DNA of 64,000 nt from the human T2T-CHM13v2.0 reference genome, Homo sapiens. The stretch lies in assembly GCF_009914755.1 (NCBI RefSeq), contig NC_060945.1. One strand, given 5' to 3'. Position numbers and translations under genes: made by a program. The notes below the pieces were generated by a model that saw only the letters and a program-made list of their open reading frames with translations, did not search any database and was not told where the DNA came from. This document shows, piece by piece, positions 57,801 to 64,000 of this stretch; position 1 is the first letter of the stretch, and every line of letters starts with the position of its first letter.

Positions 57801-60800
57801 TTTTATGTACAGTATATAATACATACTTTGGGTACTTTGATATTTTATGTGCAGCATATAATATATATTTGGTGTACGTTCAGATTTTATGTACAGAATA
57901 TAATATATATTTGATGTACCTTCATATTTCATGTACAGTATATAATATATATTTGGGTACTTTGATATTATATGTACTGTATATAATATACACTTTGGTA
58001 CTTTGATATTTTATGTACTGTATAGGATATATAGTTTGAGTACTTTGTTATTTTATGTACAGTTTATTATAAATGTTTGGGTACTTTCATAATTTATGTA
58101 CAGTATATTATACATATTTTGGTACTTTGATATTTTATGTACAGTATATAATACATTGTGTGAGTACTTTTATATTTTATGTACAGTATATGATATATAT
58201 TTGGTGGATTTTAATATATTATATACAGTATATAATATATATTTGGGTGACTTTAATATATTATGTAGAGTATATAATATATTTTGGTGTACTTTGATAT
58301 TTTATGTACAGAATGTAATATATATTTGATGTACCTTCATATGTTATGTATAGTACATAATATATATTTTCGGTACTTTGATATTTTATGTACAGTATAT
58401 AATATATATTTTGGGTAATTTGATATATTATGTACAGTATTTAATACACAGTTTGGGTACTTTGATATTTTATGTACAGTTTATTATAAATGTTTGGGTA
58501 CTTTCATAATTTATGTACAGTATATTATACATATTTTGGGTACTTTGATAATTTATGTACAATATACAATATTTATTTTGTGTACTTTGATATTTTATAT
58601 ACAGTATATAATATACAGTTTGTGTACTTTGATATGTTATGTACAGTATACAATATATAGTTTCTGTACTTTGATATTTCATGTACAGTTTATTATAAAT
58701 GTTTGCTTACTTTCATATTTTATGTATAGAATTTAATACAGATTTTTGGTACTTTGATATTTTATGTACAGTATACAATATATATTTTGGTTCTTTGATA
58801 TTTTATGTACAGTATATAATACATATTTCGAGTACTTTGTTATTTTATGTACAGTTTATTATAAATGTTTGGGTACTTTCATTATTTATGTACAGTATAT
58901 TATACATACTTTGGGTACTTTCATATTTTATGTACAATATACAATATATACTTTGGGTACTTTGATATTTTATGTGCAGCATATAATATATATTTGGTGT
59001 ACTTTGATATTTTATGTACAGAATATAATATATATTTGAAGTACCTTCATATTTAATGTACAGTATAAAATATATAAGTTTGGGTACTTTGATATTATAT
59101 GTACAGTATATAATATACAGTTTGGGTACTTTGATATTTTATGTGCTGCTAATAATATATATTTGATGTTCCTTCATATTTTATGTACAGTATATAATAA
59201 ATATTTTGGAGACTTATTATATTATGTACAGTATATAATATATTTTGGTGTACTTTGATATTTTATGTACAGAATATAATATATATTTGATTTACCTTCA
59301 TAGTTTATGTACAGTATAAAATATACACTTTGGGTACTTTGATTATTATATGTACAGTATATAATATACACTTTGGTACTTTCATATTTTGTGTACAATA
59401 TATAATATATAGTTTGAGTACTTTGTTATTTTATGTACTGTTTATTATAAATGTGTGGGTACTTTCTTAATTTATGTACAGTATATTATACACATTTTTG
59501 TAGTTTGATATTTTATGTACAGTATACAATATATATTTTTGGTACTTTGATATTTTATGTACAGTATATAATATACAGTTTGTGTACTTTGATATTTTAT
59601 GTACAGTATATAATATATAGTTTGAGTACTTTGTTATTTTATGTACAGTCTATTATAAATGTTTGGGTACATTCATAATTTATGTACAGTGTATTATACA
59701 CATTTTCGGTACTTTGATATTTTATGTACAGTGTACAATATATATGTTGGGTATATTGATATTTTATGTACAGTACATAATATACAGTTTACTTTGATAT
59801 TTTATATACAGTATATAATATATAGTTTGATTACTTTATTTTATGTACAGTTTATTAGAAATGTTTGGGTACTTTCATGATTTATGTACAGTATATTATA
59901 CATATTTTGGTTACTTTGATATTTTATGTACAGTATATAATATATATTTGGTGTACTTTGTTATTTTATGTACAGAATATAATATATATTTGATGTACCT
60001 TCATATTTTATGTACAGTACATAATATATACTTTGGGTACTTTGATATTTTATGTACAGTATATTATATATAGTTTGAGTACTTTGTTATTTTATGTACA
60101 GTTTATTATAAATGTTTGGGTACTTTCATAATTTATGTACAATATATTATATATATATTGAGTACTTTGTTATTTTATATACAGTTTATTATAAATGTTT
60201 GGGTACTTTCATAATTTATGTACAGTATATTATACATATTTTGGGTACTTTGATATTTTATATACAATATAAAATACATACTTTGGGTACTTTGTTATTT
60301 TCTGTGCAGCATATAATATATATTTGGTGTAATTTGATATTTTATGTACAGTATATAATACATACTTTGGGTACTTTGATATTTTATGTATGGTATATAA
60401 TACACAGGTTGTGTACTTTGATATTTTATGTACAGTATATAATATATAGATTGAGTACTTTTTCATTTTATGTACAGTATATTATAAATATTTGGGTACT
60501 TTCATATTTTATGTACAGTATATAATACATACTTAGGGTACTTTGATATTTTATGTACAGTATATAATACATACTTTGGGTACTTTCATATTTTATATAC
60601 AGTATATAATACATGCTTTGGGTACTTTGACATTTTATGTACAGTGTATAATACATACTTTGGGTACTTTCATATATTATGTACAGTATATAATATATAG
60701 TTTGGGTACTTTGATATTTTATATACAGTATATAATACTTTGGGTACTTTGATATTTTAAGAACCGTATATAATACATACTTTGTTTACTTTGATATTTT

Positions 60801-63800
60801 ATGTACAGTATACAATATATAGTTTAAGTACCTTGATATTTTATGTCCAGTATGAAACATATAGTTTTGGTACTTTGATATTTTATGTAAAGTATATAGT
60901 TTGAGTACTGTGATATTTTATCTACAGTTTATTATAAATGTGTGGGTACTTTCACATTTTATGTACAGTATATAATATATAGTTTGGGTACTTTGATATT
61001 TTAAGTACAGTATATAATACATACTTATTGTATTTTGGTATTTTATGTAAAGTATATAATACATACTTTGGGTACTTTGATATATTATGTACAGTATATA
61101 ATACATACTTTGGGTACTTTGATATATTATGTACAGTATATAATACATACTTTGGGTACTTTGATATTTTATGAACAGTACATAATACACACTTTGGGTA
61201 CTTTGATATTTTATATACAGTATATAGTTTGAGTACTTTGATATTTTATGTACAGTTTATTATAAACGTTTGGGTGCTTTCATATTTTATGTACAGTATA
61301 TAATACATACTTTGGGCCCTTTGATATTTTATGAACAGTATATAATACATACTTTGGGTACTTTGATATTTTATGTACAGTATATAATACATACTTTGGG
61401 TACTTTGATATTTTATGTACAGTATATAATATATAGTTTGTGTACTTCGATATTTTATATACAGTATATAATATATATTTTGTGTACTTGGTATTTTATG
61501 TACAGTATATAATATATAGTTTGGGTAGTTTGATATTTTTTGTACAGTATATAATATATAGTTTCGGTAGTTTGATATTTTATGTACAGTATGTAATATA
61601 CAGTTTGGGTAATTTAATATTTTATGTACAGTATACAATATATAGTTTGGGTACTTTGGTATTTTATGTACAGTATATAGTTTGAGTACTTTGATATTTT
61701 ATGTACAGTTTATTATAAATGTTTGGTACTTTCATACTTTATGTACAGTATATAATACATACTTTGGGTACTTTTATATTTTGTGTACAGTATATAATAC
61801 ATACCTTGGGTACTTTGATATTTTATGTACCGTATATAATACATACTTTGTGAATGTTGGTATTTTATGTACCGTATGTAATACATACTTTGGGTACTTT
61901 GATATTTTATGTACAGTGTATAATACATACTTTGGGTACTTTGATAATTTATCTACAGTATATAATACATACTTTAGGTACTTTGATATTTTATGTACAG
62001 TATATAATACACACTTTGGGTACTTTGATATTTTATCTATAGTATATAATACATACTTTGGGTACTTTGATAGTTTATGTACATTATACAATATATAATT
62101 TGACTACTTTGATATTTTATGTCCAGTATAGAATATATAGTTTTCGTAGTTTGATATTTTATGTACAGTATATAGTTTGAGTACATTGATATTTTATGTA
62201 CACTTTATTATAAATGTTTGGGTACTTTCATATTTTATGTACAGTATATAATACATACTTTGGGCACTTTGATATTTTATGTACAGTATAAAATACATAC
62301 TTTGGGTACTTTGATAATTTATATACAGTATATAATACATATTTTGGGTACTTTTATATTTTATGTACAGTACATAATGCATACTTGGGGTACTTTGAAA
62401 TTTTATGTACAGTATATAATGCATACTTTGGGTACTTTGATATTTTATGTACAGTATATAATACATACTTTGGGTACTTTGATATTTTATGTACAGTATA
62501 TAATATATAGTTTGGGTACTTTGATATTATATGGACAGTATATAATACACACTTTGGGTTCTTTGATATTTTATGTACAGTATACTATATATAGTTTGGG
62601 TACTTTGATATTTTATGTCCAGTATAAAATAAATAGTTTTGATACTTTCATATTTTATGTACAGTATATAGTTTGAGTTTTGTACTTTGATATTGAGTTT
62701 GAGTTTGAGTACTTTGATATTTTATGTACAGTTTATTATAAATGTTTGGGTGCTTTCATATTTTATGTACAGTATATAATACATACTTTGGGCACTTTGA
62801 TATTTTATGAAGAGTATATAATACATACTTTGGGTACTTTCATATTTTATGTACAGTATATAATACATACTTTGGGTACTTTGATATTTTATGTACAGTA
62901 TGTAATATATAGTTTGTGTACTTCGATATTTTATATACAGTATATAATGTATATTTTGTGTACTTGGTATTTTATGTACAGTTTATAATATATAGTTTCG
63001 GTAGTTTGATATTTTATGTACAGTACATAATATATAGTTTCGGTAGTTTGATATTTTATGTACAGTATGTAATATATAGTTTGGGTAATTTAATATTTTA
63101 TGTACAGTATACAATATATAGTTTGGGTACTTTGATATTTTATGTACAGTATATAATATATATTTTGGGTACTTTGATATTTTATGTGCAGCGTATAATA
63201 TACAGTTTGGGTACTTTGATATTTTATGTACAGTATATAATATACACTTTGGGTAGTTTGTTATTTTATGTACAGTTTATTATAAATGTTTGTGTACTTT
63301 CATAATTTATGTACAGTATAATATACACATTTTGGGTACTTTTATATTTTATGTACATTATATAATATATATTTGGAGTAATGTGATATTTTATGTACAG
63401 AATAATATATATATATTTGATATACCTTCATATTTTATGTACAGTATATAATATACACTTTGGGTACTTTGATATTTTATGTACAGTATATAATATATAC
63501 TTTGGGTACTTTGATATTTTATGTGCAGCATATAATATACAGTTTGGGTACTTTGATATTTTATGTACAATATACAATATACAGTTTGGGTAGTTTTTTT
63601 ATGTACAGTTTATTATAAATGTTTGGGTACTTTCATAATTTATGTACAGTATATTATACATATTTTGGGTACTTTGATATTTTATGTACAGTATATAATA
63701 CATACTTTGGGTACTTTGATATTTTATGTGCATCATATAATATATATTTGGTGTACTTTCATATTTTATGTACAGAATATAATATATTTTGATGTACTTT

Positions 63801-64000
63801 CATATTTTATATACAGTATGTAATATATATTTGGGCGACCTTAATATATTATGTACTGTATATAATATATATTTGCGTGACTTTAATATATTATGTACAG
63901 TATATATTTTGGTGTACTTTGATATTTTCTGTAGAGAATATAATATATATTTGATGTACCTTCATATTTTATGTACAGTACATAATATATATTTTGAGTA
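51893..64000 (-). repeat. HSat1A array in inverted orientation (T-rich strand on +), continuing past the window end
   Basis: Monomer TTTGGGTACTTTGATATTTTATGTACAGTATATAATATATAG is the reverse complement of the 42-bp consensus. Recurrent variant monomers include CAGTTTATTATAAATGTTTGGG and TTGATGTACCTTCAT. Confidence 0.93.

Noticed and set aside
41444-63823. Tyr/Ile-rich hydrophobic ORFs with a 14-aa repeat, superficially like membrane or repeat proteins
   Set aside because: 42 bp is exactly 14 codons. The ORFs occur on both strands, are broken at random, and flip with the satellite orientation.
41197-64000. CRISPR-like regular repeat with variable segments
   Set aside because: The variable parts are diverged copies of one another, not unique spacers. 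There is no leader or cas gene, and the monomer is HSat1A.
41197-64000. HSat1B, or AT-rich organelle or parasite DNA
   Set aside because: There is no Alu fragment or ~2.4 kb unit and no genes. The strict 17+25 bp RsaI structure identifies HSat1A.
1-64000. A specific chromosome or HSat3 subfamily assignment
   Set aside because: It cannot be determined by eye. It needs alignment to T2T assemblies and subfamily k-mer tables.

Overview
The whole 64 kb is primate (most likely human) heterochromatic satellite DNA. I see no gene, RNA gene, CRISPR array or interspersed transposon. 1-~41200 is Human Satellite 3: (GGAAT)n with the CAACCCGAGT-type spacer, all in one orientation, built as a mosaic of nested kb-scale duplications including a near-perfect 4 x 785 bp expansion, and degenerating over its last ~2.7 kb. 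At ~41197-41200 it joins, with no linker and a 4-nt AAAT overlap, the AT-rich 42-bp Human Satellite 1A (17+25 bp RsaI units). HSat1A runs in one orientation to ~51840, with a 43-44 bp variant domain from ~46730. It then flips strand across a ~55 bp (TA)-rich imperfect palindrome and continues inverted to the window end. HSat3 next to HSat1A suggests an acrocentric short arm or similar pericentromeric block (inference only). All listed ORFs are translation artefacts of the repeats. I found no evidence of a new coding system; the interesting signal is structural (junctions, inversion scar, nascent higher-order repeats, phase conservation). Coordinates were read by eye and internal boundaries are approximate.
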